Counted from the stretch's first letter, positions 1-11,056 are shown. The stretch: 64,000 nucleotides of DNA from Candidatus Dojkabacteria bacterium (GCA_016932785.1 JAFGCJ010000002.1:13983-77982), one strand, 5' to 3'. Notes: generated by a model from the letters alone, not told the origin. Program-made: numbers and translations.

Positions 1-58
1 TGTTGCAGTAAGAAGTGTTTTAGATATTAAAGGTAGGAGTAATAATCAAGGTTCTGAC

Positions 59-916
59 ATGATTATTATGACGTCTGATGAAGATGTGTTGGGAATTGAT
101 GGTGTTCCTTCCTATCCGGGTGCAGTTTTTATGTTCAGGAGGAATGTCAAGACTGACTTGGTACAGGATTTTTTGTCTAAAGGCAGATCTGCCTATATTA
201 TGCCGACCGATGCAGAATGGGATGATGTGAAAAAATACTACTCTCGTGAACTAGTGGATTTGGGATGGACGCATGAACTGTCTATTGATTTTGGTGACGA
301 AAAAATGATGGATGGGGAGTATTACACTTTTGAACCAGATAGCGGTGTTGGTCAGGGGCTCAGAATTTATACGAAGTTTAATGATATATGGTATGAAACT
401 ATTACTGTGAGTGAGGCAAAGAGCGGTCTAGCTGACAGGTTTGCCCAAGAAAAGGAATTAGAGATGATAATTGAGATGAGTTCTGGAGATTCTCTTCCTG
501 ATAGCTATCCGTGGGCATTGGATTTCCCCAAAAAATGGAGCTATGAGATTAGAAAATCCGATCTACTTGATATCGAGCTCGTGGAATTTACCAGCAGTGA
601 CTCTGATGGGTCTCTTGTTATCGAACCTGTTGATTTTTCTAGTTTAGAAGGTCTTAAGACTATTGGAGTGTCTTTTGTTGAGGAGATCAATACCCACCGT
701 GATAGTGAGGATAAGTTTGAGATTGTTAGTGACAGTGAAATTGAGGTGGCCGATCAGGATGGTGTCTTTTTTGAATTAAGATCAAGTACAGGGGAAGGGC
801 GTTTGTGCGTAACGACTAATCCCAATAATGGAGTTGTTTATGCAATATTAACTTTGAATGGAGAAATAGGATTTTTCAATTATGTGCTTGATAATCTTGA
901 GATTACCGGGGACTAG
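59..916 (+). CDS. Hypothetical acidic protein (285 aa), no recognised domain
   Basis: Long ORF, D/E-rich. Overlaps the uvrC 3' end by 14 nt on the opposite strand. No motif recognised. Confidence 0.35.
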   Translation: MIIMTSDEDVLGIDGVPSYPGAVFMFRRNVKTDLVQDFLSKGRSAYIMPTDAEWDDVKKYYSRELVDLGWTHELSIDFGDEKMMDGEYYTFEPDSGVGQGLRIYTKFNDIWYETITVSEAKSGLADRFAQEKELEMIIEMSSGDSLPDSYPWALDFPKKWSYEIRKSDLLDIELVEFTSSDSDGSLVIEPVDFSSLEGLKTIGVSFVEEINTHRDSEDKFEIVSDSEIEVADQDGVFFELRSSTGEGRLCVTTNPNNGVVYAILTLNGEIGFFNYVLDNLEITGD

Positions 917-2474
917 AGACTTGTTTTTTCGAGCGACTGCGAAGATTTTTTCCGTTGTAATTGGCTATTGATTCTGCTACTGTTTTGTTGTTAACGACAT
1001 CGTTGATTTCCTCAAAGGATGCCATTTTTATCTTTGATATGGTTTTGAATTTTTTGATTAATTGTTTTTTTCTTCTAGGGCCGACACCTGGTATCTCATC
1101 GAGCCAGGATTTGGTTTGTAGGTATCGTTTCCCCTTTCTGTGGTGTTTTATTGCAAAGCGATGGGCTTCATCACGTAATAATTGGAATATAAACGGATTT
1201 TGGAATTTAAGTTTAACGAATTTTCCGCTAGGTTTAACTGTCCAAAACTCATCGAGCTGCTTTTTTCCTGCTCTTTTTAATCTTTTTCCTTTTGATATAG
1301 CGAGAAGACCAACTCCCTCAGGTACGATATCTTTGACGGCAGAGAGCTGGCTTTTTGCCCCGTCAAGAAGGATAAGGTCCGGCTTTTGCAGTAGGCTTTC
1401 ATTCGACTCCTTGTTGTCGCTGTTGAGGTATTTGATTCTTCTTCTCAGCACTTCGTTCATCATTTTTGTGTCGTCTGCTTTGCCTTCAATGTCGATTTTG
1501 AATATCCGGTATTGAGAATTTTCGATATTTGGACCAATTGATACGGTCATTGAGCCGTAGGCTACTTCTCCTGCCAGGTTTGACATGTCGTAGCATTCCA
1601 CCCTCATTTTCTTTAACTTTTCATCGGGAATATTGAGCGACAGTTTGCTCACGGCCTCCTTAAGGCCTTCGACGTACCTGATATTTCGAATTTTGTGAAA
1701 TTCTGACTCTGTGTCTCCGAAATCAATATCAATTCTTTGGCTCAAATATCTTAGATCTGAAATTTTGTCCCTTAATTCTGCAGCTTTCTCGAATTTCTGT
1801 GTTTTGGAATATTTCGCCATCTTGTCCTCCAGCTCTCTGATTTGGTTTTTCTTCTTTCCTTCTAGTGTTTTAATAAGATTTTTGATGTTCTTCTTGTACT
1901 CCTGAGAGGTAATTAGGTTGTCGCAGGGGCCTGAGCATGTGCCAAGATGATAGTAAAGACATATCCTATTGTTTTTTACTTCATCAGGTTTTCTTAGGGG
2001 GTAGAATTTCAGCTTGCAGTCGGCAAATGGATATAATTTACGTAAATATTTAAGCATCCTTTTCATTGGACGGCCATCTGGATATGGACCAAAATATCGT
2101 CCGCTTTTTCCTGGGTCGCGAGTAGTTCTCACCCTGGGAAAAGGACTGTATGTGTCAATGTAAATCCATGCATATCTCTTGTTGTCTTTTAATGAAGCAT
2201 TATACTTGGGTTGGTATTTCTTTATTAAGTTAGCCTCGAGAATAAGTGCCTCAATCTCATTTTCTGTTTCTATCGTTTTTACGTCAAATATGTGAGGTAT
2301 CATCTGTTGGATCCATGGTCTATCTGTGTGATTTGATGTGAAATAGCTTTTCACCCTTGACCTTAGACGGAGAGCTTTTCCAACATATAGTATCTTTTCT
2401 CTCGAATCTATGAATTGGTAAATGCCTGTTTTATTTTGTATCTGCTCGATCTTTTGCTGAAGTTTTTTATCCAT
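903..2474 (-). CDS. uvrC: Excinuclease ABC subunit C (UvrC), short form
   Basis: N-terminal GIY-YIG motif (GIYQFIDSREKILYVGKALRLRSRV). C-terminal helix-hairpin-helix region (LDEIPGVGPRRKKQL). 523 aa is shorter than the typical ~600 aa. Confidence 0.85.
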   Translation of the reverse strand: MDKKLQQKIEQIQNKTGIYQFIDSREKILYVGKALRLRSRVKSYFTSNHTDRPWIQQMIPHIFDVKTIETENEIEALILEANLIKKYQPKYNASLKDNKRYAWIYIDTYSPFPRVRTTRDPGKSGRYFGPYPDGRPMKRMLKYLRKLYPFADCKLKFYPLRKPDEVKNNRICLYYHLGTCSGPCDNLITSQEYKKNIKNLIKTLEGKKKNQIRELEDKMAKYSKTQKFEKAAELRDKISDLRYLSQRIDIDFGDTESEFHKIRNIRYVEGLKEAVSKLSLNIPDEKLKKMRVECYDMSNLAGEVAYGSMTVSIGPNIENSQYRIFKIDIEGKADDTKMMNEVLRRRIKYLNSDNKESNESLLQKPDLILLDGAKSQLSAVKDIVPEGVGLLAISKGKRLKRAGKKQLDEFWTVKPSGKFVKLKFQNPFIFQLLRDEAHRFAIKHHRKGKRYLQTKSWLDEIPGVGPRRKKQLIKKFKTISKIKMASFEEINDVVNNKTVAESIANYNGKNLRSRSKKQVSSPR

Positions 2475-2562
2475 TTATACCCTAAAGTATAAATCTTTTT
2501 GGGGTTTTAATAAAACAATAATGAAAAAACTGATGTGCGATATTTTGGTGAAGTTTTTCAGT

Positions 2563-5500
2563 CTACTCTATTCTAAAAGGCTCAATTATCTCTTTTACCT
2601 CGTCTGTAAGCTCGATACCACGTTTAAGCTGCATTGTTTTTACGTCATCTCCGTCGGGAATGGATATCATTACGGGTGTATCGCCGGGGTTTTCTTTTAA
2701 GGCTTGCTTAAGCCTCTTTATATCATCTTTGTTAGCGTTCGTAGGTATTCTCAAACTAAGTCCATCAGAAGACTTTGTAGCTTTGTCTAGATCAATGACT
2801 CTTAGCGAATCACAGATAATGCTTCTCGTTCCATCGCGAACATTAACCTTTCCTATAAATATGGTCGGAGTGCTCTCTTCAAGATTTTTTGAAAATTTTT
2901 CATACGTACTGGGAAAAAGAATTACCTCAATCTCACTGGTCTGATCTTCTATGAGGAGAAAGGCCATACGTTTATTTTCTTTCTTTGTCGAAATAGCTTT
3001 TATATTGGTTATAAGCCCGCATGCTTGTACGTGTGCATTTGGTTTCATCTGTTTTATTTCAGAAATATCCTTGACACCTATTGCTGAAAGGTATGACTTA
3101 ATTCTTCCAAGGGGATGGGCGGTAATATACATACCTAGAAGTTCCTTTTCCCATTCGATTTTGTTTGTGTCTGTGGCTGGCTCAACCTGTGGAAGTGGTG
3201 TCGGAGTAATCTTATGAGTCTGGCCTTCCTCTTTGCCCATAGAAAATATGTCAATCTGACCCTCTGCTTCAGAATTTTGTCTCTTCTTATAAGTCTCATG
3301 CATGGATGGGAGAGCGGCAAGTAGGCTGTTTCTTTCTCCAAAGTTGTCCAGAGCTCCTACTTGAACCAGATAGCTTATGGTTTTCTGGTTAATTTTATTA
3401 AGAGGAATTCGATACAGGAAGTCATCAAAGTTCTTGTATGGTCCGTCTTTGTCTCGAATATTTATGATAGTTCTGACTGCTGATTCACCGATATTCTTGA
3501 TTGCCGCCAGGCCAAATCTAATGTTGTATTTCTCTTCAATGGAAAAGCCAGATTTGCTTTTGTTTACGTCCGGAGGAAGGATGTTTATCCCTTTTCTGTT
3601 ACACTCCGCAATTATAAGAGAAATTTTATCGAAATCGTCGATTTCAGACTTGAGTAGTGCTGCCATAAATTCCACAGGATAATGAGTCTTTAGGTAGGCC
3701 GTTTGAAAAACGACTAGAGCATAGGATGCTGCATGTGGTTTGTTGAAAGCATAGTTTGTAAATGGAATGAATAGTTCAAACAGTGCCTCGGCTTTCTTTT
3801 CTGAGAGTCCGTTTTCCTCGAATCTCTTTAGTAGGTCGTCCTTCATATCAAACAATATCTCGGGTTTCTTTTTACCGGTAAACTTCCTCGCTTTGTCGGC
3901 TTCTGGCCAGGTCATTCCCGCAAGTGCTACTGTTGTCATCATTATATCCTCTTGATAAACAAGGAGTCCGTATGTAAGTGAGAGAAAGTCCTTCATTCTT
4001 GGATCAATGAAAGTAACAGATTTTTTCCCGGATTTTCTGTCGGCATATTCTTGTTGAAACTGGTTTGGTCCTGGTCTTACAAGAGCTAGAGATGCTGAGA
4101 TATCAAATATTGATTCTGGTCTAAGAACTTTCGCAGTGTTTTTCATGGGACCTGTCTCTAGCTGGAAGACCCCAAGAGTATCCAGATCTTTTATCAATTT
4201 GTATGTTGCTTCGTCATCAAGAGGGAATTTTGTTGGGTCAATATCAATTCCTCTTTCTTCTTTAATGATTTTTACTGATTCTGAAATAGTATCTAGACCG
4301 GTAAGACCAAGAAAGTCAACCTTGAGAAGCTTTAATTCCTCGAGTGAGTCCATTTCGTATTGAGTGATCATTCTGCCGTCTTCGCCTAGTGTTTTATCCC
4401 AGATTACAGGGCAATAGTCGACTATTGGTCCTGGCGTGACCAGGATTCCACATGCATGTATTCCCTGGCTTTTGGCGACACCCTCGATTTTTTTTGCGGT
4501 ATCTATCAATTTCGCCGCGTCGGGGTCTTGCTTGGTTAGCTCCTTTAATTCTGGAACTTCTCTTAGTGCCCTATCGATATCTACTTTTGCAAGTCCCTGT
4601 CCAGATGGCGGAATCAATTTTGCTATCCTGTCTACATATGCCAGGGGAAGTCCCAGTACTCGTCCGGCATCTCTTATGGATCCTCTGGCCTGCATTCTTC
4701 CAAAGGTAACAATATGGGCTACCGATTCTTTGCCATATAAATCTATAGCGTAGTTAATAACCTCTTCTCTTCTTGAGCTTGCTACGTCGATGTCAATATC
4801 CGGTGCTGACGGCCTTCCCTTGTAAAGGAACCGTTCAAAAGGAACCTGGAAATCCAGAGGATTTGCTGTGACTATACCTAGTATGTAGGATACGAAACTT
4901 CCCGCCGCTGATCCTCGAGTTGTGAAGGGAATATTGTTGTTCTTGATCCAATCTGTGAAATCCATGTTCATTACTATGTAGCTTGAGTACCCCATCTCAG
5001 AGATTACTTCAAATTCGTACTCTGCCCTCTTCTTCTCGTCTTTTGTTAATTCTCTATTGATTACTTTAGGAGCCCGCTGTTTTATGAGGTCGTACAGATA
5101 TTTGTCGTAGTCTTTTTTGTATGAATCCGGTATTGGAGGCTCAGGAAAAACCCAATCCTCAAATCCCAAATCAAAGACCTCGCACATATCTGTGACTTTC
5201 TGGGTGTTTTCTATGGCCTCAGGAATGTCTTGGAATAGCTCTTCCATTTGTTCAGGACTTTTGAGGTAGAATTCGTCTGTTTCCCTTGTCAGCCGCTGTT
5301 CATCCTCAAGTCTTTTCCCGGTATTTATGCACATAAGAACCTCTTGTGCCAGGGCATCCTCTTCTTTTATATAATGAACGTCGCAGGTTGCTATTAGTGG
5401 AAGCTCGAGATCTTCTGCTACCTGGATAAGGCCTTTATTTGCAACTTCCTGATCTTTCATACCGTTTCTCTGGAGTTCAACATAGAATCTATCCTTCCCA

Positions 5501-5991
5501 AATAGCTCCTTGTACCACTGTGCAATGTTGTGAGCATCTTTCAAATCTCCGCCGAAAACCTTTTTAGATATTTCGCCTGTGAGACATCCGGATAGTGCAA
5601 TCAAGCCGTCTTTATGTTTTTCCAGAAGCTCCTTGTCGATTCTAGGTTTGTAATAGAAACCGTCGATGTGTGATTTGGAAACAAGTTTGATCAGGTTGTC
5701 GTAGCCTTTTCTGTTTTCTGCAATTAGTACAAGATGATGAGGCTTTTCGTCTAGCTTTGCAATTTTTTGTGTGTGTTTTCTTGGTGCAACATATACTTCA
5801 CAACCTATGATCGGTTTGATATCTTCCTTCTGGCATTCTTTATGAAATTTGTGAGCACCGTACATTACTCCGTGATCGGAGATGCCGAGAGATTGCATGC
5901 CCAGTTCTTTTGCTTGAGGAATTAGCTTTTTAATTTTTGGTAATCCATCGAGTAAAGAGAACTCAGTGTGTACGTGCAGGTGGGTAAACAT
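2563..5991 (-). CDS. dnaE: DNA polymerase III alpha subunit (DnaE)
   Basis: N-terminal PHP domain (MFTHLHVHTEFSLLDG...GISDHG). 1142 aa with polymerase core and an OB-fold-containing C-terminal region. Confidence 0.9.
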   Translation of the reverse strand: MFTHLHVHTEFSLLDGLPKIKKLIPQAKELGMQSLGISDHGVMYGAHKFHKECQKEDIKPIIGCEVYVAPRKHTQKIAKLDEKPHHLVLIAENRKGYDNLIKLVSKSHIDGFYYKPRIDKELLEKHKDGLIALSGCLTGEISKKVFGGDLKDAHNIAQWYKELFGKDRFYVELQRNGMKDQEVANKGLIQVAEDLELPLIATCDVHYIKEEDALAQEVLMCINTGKRLEDEQRLTRETDEFYLKSPEQMEELFQDIPEAIENTQKVTDMCEVFDLGFEDWVFPEPPIPDSYKKDYDKYLYDLIKQRAPKVINRELTKDEKKRAEYEFEVISEMGYSSYIVMNMDFTDWIKNNNIPFTTRGSAAGSFVSYILGIVTANPLDFQVPFERFLYKGRPSAPDIDIDVASSRREEVINYAIDLYGKESVAHIVTFGRMQARGSIRDAGRVLGLPLAYVDRIAKLIPPSGQGLAKVDIDRALREVPELKELTKQDPDAAKLIDTAKKIEGVAKSQGIHACGILVTPGPIVDYCPVIWDKTLGEDGRMITQYEMDSLEELKLLKVDFLGLTGLDTISESVKIIKEERGIDIDPTKFPLDDEATYKLIKDLDTLGVFQLETGPMKNTAKVLRPESIFDISASLALVRPGPNQFQQEYADRKSGKKSVTFIDPRMKDFLSLTYGLLVYQEDIMMTTVALAGMTWPEADKARKFTGKKKPEILFDMKDDLLKRFEENGLSEKKAEALFELFIPFTNYAFNKPHAASYALVVFQTAYLKTHYPVEFMAALLKSEIDDFDKISLIIAECNRKGINILPPDVNKSKSGFSIEEKYNIRFGLAAIKNIGESAVRTIINIRDKDGPYKNFDDFLYRIPLNKINQKTISYLVQVGALDNFGERNSLLAALPSMHETYKKRQNSEAEGQIDIFSMGKEEGQTHKITPTPLPQVEPATDTNKIEWEKELLGMYITAHPLGRIKSYLSAIGVKDISEIKQMKPNAHVQACGLITNIKAISTKKENKRMAFLLIEDQTSEIEVILFPSTYEKFSKNLEESTPTIFIGKVNVRDGTRSIICDSLRVIDLDKATKSSDGLSLRIPTNANKDDIKRLKQALKENPGDTPVMISIPDGDDVKTMQLKRGIELTDEVKEIIEPFRIE

Positions 5992-6180
5992 AGCAATATT
6001 CTACAGAAATTAAACTTTAATGAAAATTGTGTTGTAGAAATAGTGTTACTATGGGTATTTTTTGTGTAGATGTATGGTGGGTGTTTGAATAGGTTTGCAT
6101 ATTTAATAAAGACGTTATTAATAGTATAATCCTATAGTAATAAGATTCTACCTAAGTATCTTATATTTGTTTAGAAATTT

Positions 6181-6681
6181 TTGGGAAAGGAACAATCAGA
6201 ACAATCAAAAGATTTTAGTCCCGAAGAGGCAGACGAAGTGGAGGCACAGATGTTGGCGACAATGGGCAATACTGCTATGACGGAACAGCTTTGCGCTGAT
6301 TTCGGAGTGCTCTTTGGAACTGTAAATATCCCGGCTATCGGTATATATAAAAATTGTGTATATGTTAAGGGCTCGGAAAAAGGAAAAGGACATTTCGCAG
6401 CATTGACTAATTATGCTGATAACGGGGCTTCTGCCAGAGTTGCGTTTTTATTTCCAAGTGAAGATTCAAAAGGTCCGTACAGGCCATTTGATTTATTTGT
6501 TACAGCTGTATTAGCGGCTGGGGCTAAGCACGACGTGAAGTTGGCATTTGTTCGGGTTGGGGATGTTGTTGCCGGGTGTAAGGATGATCCCTTTGGTCAA
6601 GGGGGGCCAGTAGAATGCTGGAGAAATTTGGGATTTGATATGTCGCCTGATGGGGATTGGTTGGTTAAGGCTGTGAAATAG
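6181..6681 (+). CDS. Hypothetical protein (166 aa), TTG start, locally GC-richer
   Basis: ORF with non-ATG start. No recognisable motif. Codon usage is G/C-richer than neighbouring genes. Confidence 0.3.
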   Translation: MGKEQSEQSKDFSPEEADEVEAQMLATMGNTAMTEQLCADFGVLFGTVNIPAIGIYKNCVYVKGSEKGKGHFAALTNYADNGASARVAFLFPSEDSKGPYRPFDLFVTAVLAAGAKHDVKLAFVRVGDVVAGCKDDPFGQGGPVECWRNLGFDMSPDGDWLVKAVK

Positions 6682-6776
6682 TCTATCGTGCCGTTGAATG
6701 AGAGCTACTCAGGCAGCGGCGTTTATGTGAATCATGATTTCATCGCAGCTGCCTGGGTTTTGTGATCTATGTATTG

Positions 6777-7112
6777 CTATTCGCTTGATGCAAGAGAGGC
6801 CAGATCCTCTATATTTTCAGCATTGCAAACATCACTCATCTCTACCTTGATTACTGTAAAATTTGATCCTTCCGGTGGAGATTCCAAAAGATCTGAGATT
6901 TCTTTTCCATTTTGGCACGTTGTTGAGCGGTTACCATTCGTCTCAACAATGACGTAAGTGAATGGATCGGTCTCGATCTCAAGTATTTTATTGTCCTCGA
7001 GTTTAATATAGTATTTAGGAAAGGCAATACTTCTTGCAAGAAATCCACATCCGAGTTGAGCTATACATAGAATCACAACTATGACTAAAGTGACCCTCTT
7101 CAAGTCAACCAC
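6777..7112 (-). CDS. Small secreted/membrane-anchored hypothetical protein
   Basis: N-terminal hydrophobic helix (LVIVVILCIAQLGCGF) consistent with a signal peptide or anchor. 111 aa. Confidence 0.3.
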   Translation of the reverse strand: MVDLKRVTLVIVVILCIAQLGCGFLARSIAFPKYYIKLEDNKILEIETDPFTYVIVETNGNRSTTCQNGKEISDLLESPPEGSNFTVIKVEMSDVCNAENIEDLASLASSE

Positions 7113-7231
7113 CTCCTTTTGAAGTGGAAACTATGATGTAAAGAGCTTCTTACATTTATATTTTACCCCAATTACCTGTCCTTTAACAGTCACGAATAAG
7201 TCACATATATATATTTCATGTAATTGCTAGT

Positions 7232-7957
7232 TTGAAATCCCCTACTCAATCAGCTAGACTGTATCTAATGCAAACCAAGACCCAGAAAATAATCAAAATA
7301 GTCTTTAGATTCCTTTGTCTTGCTGTGTGGCTTGCGTTCTTTGTCATATTGGTGAAACCTGAGATCGCAAAGTACGCTATACCCAAACTAATAAACTTCA
7401 CCGAAACCTATGCTGAATCCAATAGCGGTATCGATCTAGATCCGATACTTGCATCAAGTCTTGATGATTATTCTGGTCCAAGTTCTTCACTTTATGCTAC
7501 TAAGTTTGGCGATAGCAGCAGCGGCATATATGGTGACCTTGTTACGTCTGACACCAGGGTTATCGCTTTAAATAGGTTCTTGGTCGATTATGGCTCTCCT
7601 ATGGCGCCGTATGCTGAGACTTTTGTTACTTCAGCAGAAGATGTCGGGTTAGATTGGAGGCTTGTTCCCGCAATATCGGGTGTTGAATCGGCTTTTGGAA
7701 GAATTATTCCTTATAACTCATATAATGCCTGGGGATGGCGGGGAGGTGCTTATGGCGCGTTTAGCGAATTTGGTTCGTGGGAAAATGGTATAGAACATGT
7801 TACAACAAGAATAGCAGTTGGTTATGGTACTGATATTGATGTGTTTACCATGGAGCCAATTTATTGTCCTCCATGCGGGCAAAATCCACAGCATGCCTGG
7901 GCGAATGGTGTTGCGAGATATATGGCTGAGATCTCTGAATATAGGAAAAACCTTTAG
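7232..7957 (+). CDS. Membrane-anchored lysozyme-like (glucosaminidase/SLT-like) putative peptidoglycan hydrolase, paralog A
   Basis: N-terminal TM helix. C-terminal ~120 aa block SPMAPYAETFVTSAEDVGLDWRLVPAISGVESAFG...YNAWGW carries an E-S catalytic-type motif. Clear paralog of the CDS at 24543-25166. Confidence 0.45.
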   Translation: MKSPTQSARLYLMQTKTQKIIKIVFRFLCLAVWLAFFVILVKPEIAKYAIPKLINFTETYAESNSGIDLDPILASSLDDYSGPSSSLYATKFGDSSSGIYGDLVTSDTRVIALNRFLVDYGSPMAPYAETFVTSAEDVGLDWRLVPAISGVESAFGRIIPYNSYNAWGWRGGAYGAFSEFGSWENGIEHVTTRIAVGYGTDIDVFTMEPIYCPPCGQNPQHAWANGVARYMAEISEYRKNL

Positions 7958-7978
7958 AATATGCTATAATTTAGGTAT

Positions 7979-8284
7979 ATGATATTCAGAATTCTTGCAC
8001 AGATTTTTTATACGATACTTCTTATCATAGAGACTCTGATTTCTTTTCGCTTTATTTTTAAGCTTTTTGGTGCTAATCCTGATAATGATATAGTAAGGCT
8101 TATTTACGATTTAAGTTATATTTTTGTGAGGCCTTTTGTAGGAATACTAACTGGGGACTGGAAGATCGGAAGGTTTTATATAGATATTGATGCTGTTATT
8201 GCCCTGATTGTTTATATGATAATTGCTTTTGTTGTTGTTGAAATAATTAAGGCTTTTAGGCCTTCTGTTACCCGACGTGCATAG
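7979..8284 (+). CDS. YggT/Ycf19-family small integral membrane protein
   Basis: 101 aa. Hydrophobic N-terminus (ILLIIETLISFRFIFKLFGANPDN), central loop and C-terminal helix match the YggT pattern. Confidence 0.45.
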   Translation: MIFRILAQIFYTILLIIETLISFRFIFKLFGANPDNDIVRLIYDLSYIFVRPFVGILTGDWKIGRFYIDIDAVIALIVYMIIAFVVVEIIKAFRPSVTRRA

Positions 8285-8362
8285 ATTTTCAGTGTTTTTT
8301 TGTCTTAGATTACGATTTGCCTATAATTAAGGCAAAATTCCGTCTTATGCTATAATAAGGCC

Positions 8363-9133
8363 ATGGCGATGATCGATTTGAAAAAGTATTCAGGCCTTGC
8401 TTTGGCATTCGATGGCTCGAAGCTTCTACCTCAGGAGAATGGGATAGAAATCGGATCAAGGGATGTAGTCAATATTGGTGATGTCAGACCTCAGCTTCTC
8501 AACCCTGAGCTTACCTGCCCTACTGTTTTTTATTATATATTCTCAAATATCGACAGAAAGTCTCTTCTTAAGAGGAAACGTCTAAGATTTGACATGTATG
8601 TTATCCCACCCAATCTTGCCGGTATTGAGTATGTAAAGACACTCGGTACTTCTGCTGGGAAATACCCCCTTCTTTTGGAGGTTGTTCATGGTTATCTTAC
8701 TTTGCTGTTGCAGACTTCCAATGAGGAGCCCGGATCGATTCCTCAGGTTAAAACCACGACTATAAGGTTGAAGAAAGGTGAGAAATTGGTGATACCACCT
8801 AACCATGATTTTGTCTTTGTAAATTCCAGGCAGACTCTCTCGGTTGTTGCAATAATGTACAGCTCAAAGTGTAGAATGAAGAATATCTTCGACGATACTC
8901 GTGGAGCGGCAAGCTATGTTATAAGAAAGAACGCGCGATTGGAAACTGTGCTTAATCCTTCCTTCAGGAATGTCAGTATAGTTAAGCCCTGGAAACCTGA
9001 ATCAATTTATAAAGATTTTAACTTAACAGCAAAAACTCCTATTTTCAAACAGATTCTAAGAAAATACCAAAGATTTAAATGGCTTCATGATAATTCTAAG
9101 ATAGAATGGACTAATCTTCCAGGTTGTTACTAA
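8363..9133 (+). CDS. Cupin-fold protein resembling cupin-type phosphoglucose isomerase, with metal ligands not conserved
   Basis: Segments ...TLLLQT... and KLVIPPNHDFVFVNS...VVAIM resemble archaeal cupin-type PGI (MLLQT / VVYVPPYWAHRTVN). The GHFH metal-binding box is replaced by GTSAG. Confidence 0.35.
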   Translation: MAMIDLKKYSGLALAFDGSKLLPQENGIEIGSRDVVNIGDVRPQLLNPELTCPTVFYYIFSNIDRKSLLKRKRLRFDMYVIPPNLAGIEYVKTLGTSAGKYPLLLEVVHGYLTLLLQTSNEEPGSIPQVKTTTIRLKKGEKLVIPPNHDFVFVNSRQTLSVVAIMYSSKCRMKNIFDDTRGAASYVIRKNARLETVLNPSFRNVSIVKPWKPESIYKDFNLTAKTPIFKQILRKYQRFKWLHDNSKIEWTNLPGCY

Positions 9134-11056
9134 ATGTATTCCAAAATAATCAGACTCATTTCGAGAATATCTATTGCTATTGCAGGGGTTGCCTCAGCTG
9201 TTTTGTTTTTGTCCTCTAGTGTATGTGCTCTGGAAAAGTCTGATGTGACGTCTACTTTTTCCGCAGATTATAGTGTAAACGAAGAAAATGAGGCGGACGT
9301 CACTATAAGTATTATTTTCCACAATAACGCCGAAAACCCGACAATTCTTACTTCATATGATTTGAATCTTGGAAATATAAAGCCTGAATCTGTGAAGGTT
9401 TATCATAATAACAGTACTTTGAGTTATGAAGTTACTGAGGCTAAGGGGTATATCGTGACAATTCTTATTGGAGATGTTCTGTTAAGATCTGGTGCTGATT
9501 ATGAAGTAAAGGTCAGTTATGTACTGAAGCCTTTCTTTCATGAGAATGGAGGAGCATATGATGCCGGATTTCCTTTGTTCAAACTTAATAGCAAGTCGAA
9601 GCTGGATAAAATAGGGGTAAGCTATCCTGAGGTATATGGCCCAGTAAATTACTCGAATGCTATTTATGAAGCCGACTTGAATGATAATAGATGGGACATA
9701 GATTTTGAAGATTCTGATGAACTTTCCGATATATATTTTTCAGCTGGAAGTAAAAAATTCTTTAGTTTCACTTCAGAACGAAAATTGGTGAATGATCAGG
9801 ACGTATATGTTAATAAGACTGTCCTGCTTTTTCCCGATTTGACGAGCCAGTCTATTGTGATGTCCAGCATCTCAGAATATCCCGGCGATGTATATAAAAG
9901 CGATACCGACAATTATGTACTTACTTATGATGTGCCCCCGGAAGATGATCTTTGGGTAAGATTTCGTGGGTATATAGAGGTCTCCTTGCCGACAGAAGAA
10001 CAAAGATGGCTTTCTCTTTCACCGGCTGAAAAGACAGTCGCTTTGGATACTCAGCAGAAATGGTGGAAAATTTCTGACGATAAGATAATTAAAGACCTTG
10101 GCCAGGCAGAAGAAATGGAGTTCGAGAAAAAGCTAGAATGGATATATGGATATGTCATGGAAAGTCTTAACCTGAGTGGCGATTTTCGGACCCAGCATGA
10201 CACAGAATATAGGAAAGGTGCTAACGTTTCTTTGAGGACCTACAAAAACGCTACAGCTGAGGATTTTGCAGATGCGTATGTTGGTCTTGCCAGATATCTT
10301 AATATACCTTCTCGTGTTGTTGCCGGCTATGTGTTCCCCTACGCCGCATCTGGGGATATGATTGGAATGTTTCATGTTTGGCCTCAATATTGGGATCCAG
10401 ATCTTGGTTGGATTTCTGTTGATCCTGCATATGAAAAGTATACTGATTTGAATATGGAGTATCAGGTTGGTCTGAACCGTGTGATTACGATGATAGTAAC
10501 CGATGAATTGGATGAGTCTCTTTTTAGTGAAACGTCAAGTGAGATCTTCTTAACGAACGAGGAGATTGCAAAAACTGCTCACCTGGAGGCTGAAATCGAA
10601 ATCGATGATAAAATTTCAGCAGGTTTATCTCAAACAGGTGTTCTAAAGGTGAAAAATGATGGTAATACTATCCTCAGCGGCTTTAGTTTTACTGAGGAAG
10701 ATGCCGGGTTTTCTGTTGAAGTTGATGAAAACAACCTTAGAGATGTGATTCTTCCTGGTGAAGAGGTTGAATTCAAATTTAATGTTAAGATTGATAACTG
10801 GTATTGGTCCGGGGATAAGAAACTTAAATTCCTTGTTGTTGCAGAAGGCGCAGATAACACATTACGAACTGGTATAGAGAAAACCTTTGAGGTTAAGCCA
10901 TTGTGGTGGGCTGAACCTGTTACCTGGATTGTCACATTGCTTGTATTTGCTGTAATAACATTTTTGATGTTCCTTTTTTCCAAAATGGCAGTATTGTTAT
11001 TTCGTCGTGTTCAACCGTCAATAGCTAAGTTATGGCAAAGGATAAAAAAGAAATGA
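9134..11056 (+). CDS. Secreted, C-terminally anchored transglutaminase-like (Cys-less) surface protein
   Basis: Signal peptide. Transglutaminase-like core ATAEDFADAYVGLARYLNIPSRVVAGY...FHVWPQYWDPDLGWISVDP: His and Asp are retained but the catalytic Cys position is Ala. C-terminal TM helix (WIVTLLVFAVITFLMFLF). Confidence 0.55.
   Translation: MYSKIIRLISRISIAIAGVASAVLFLSSSVCALEKSDVTSTFSADYSVNEENEADVTISIIFHNNAENPTILTSYDLNLGNIKPESVKVYHNNSTLSYEVTEAKGYIVTILIGDVLLRSGADYEVKVSYVLKPFFHENGGAYDAGFPLFKLNSKSKLDKIGVSYPEVYGPVNYSNAIYEADLNDNRWDIDFEDSDELSDIYFSAGSKKFFSFTSERKLVNDQDVYVNKTVLLFPDLTSQSIVMSSISEYPGDVYKSDTDNYVLTYDVPPEDDLWVRFRGYIEVSLPTEEQRWLSLSPAEKTVALDTQQKWWKISDDKIIKDLGQAEEMEFEKKLEWIYGYVMESLNLSGDFRTQHDTEYRKGANVSLRTYKNATAEDFADAYVGLARYLNIPSRVVAGYVFPYAASGDMIGMFHVWPQYWDPDLGWISVDPAYEKYTDLNMEYQVGLNRVITMIVTDELDESLFSETSSEIFLTNEEIAKTAHLEAEIEIDDKISAGLSQTGVLKVKNDGNTILSGFSFTEEDAGFSVEVDENNLRDVILPGEEVEFKFNVKIDNWYWSGDKKLKFLVVAEGADNTLRTGIEKTFEVKPLWWAEPVTWIVTLLVFAVITFLMFLFSKMAVLLFRRVQPSIAKLWQRIKKK

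Noticed and set aside
961-5000. Numerous 60-185 aa ORFs on the plus strand inside uvrC and dnaE (e.g. 961-1515, 1711-1905, 2660-2944, 4436-4753)
   Set aside because: They are antisense to long, well-supported genes. They have low complexity and no motifs. They are typical shadow ORFs.
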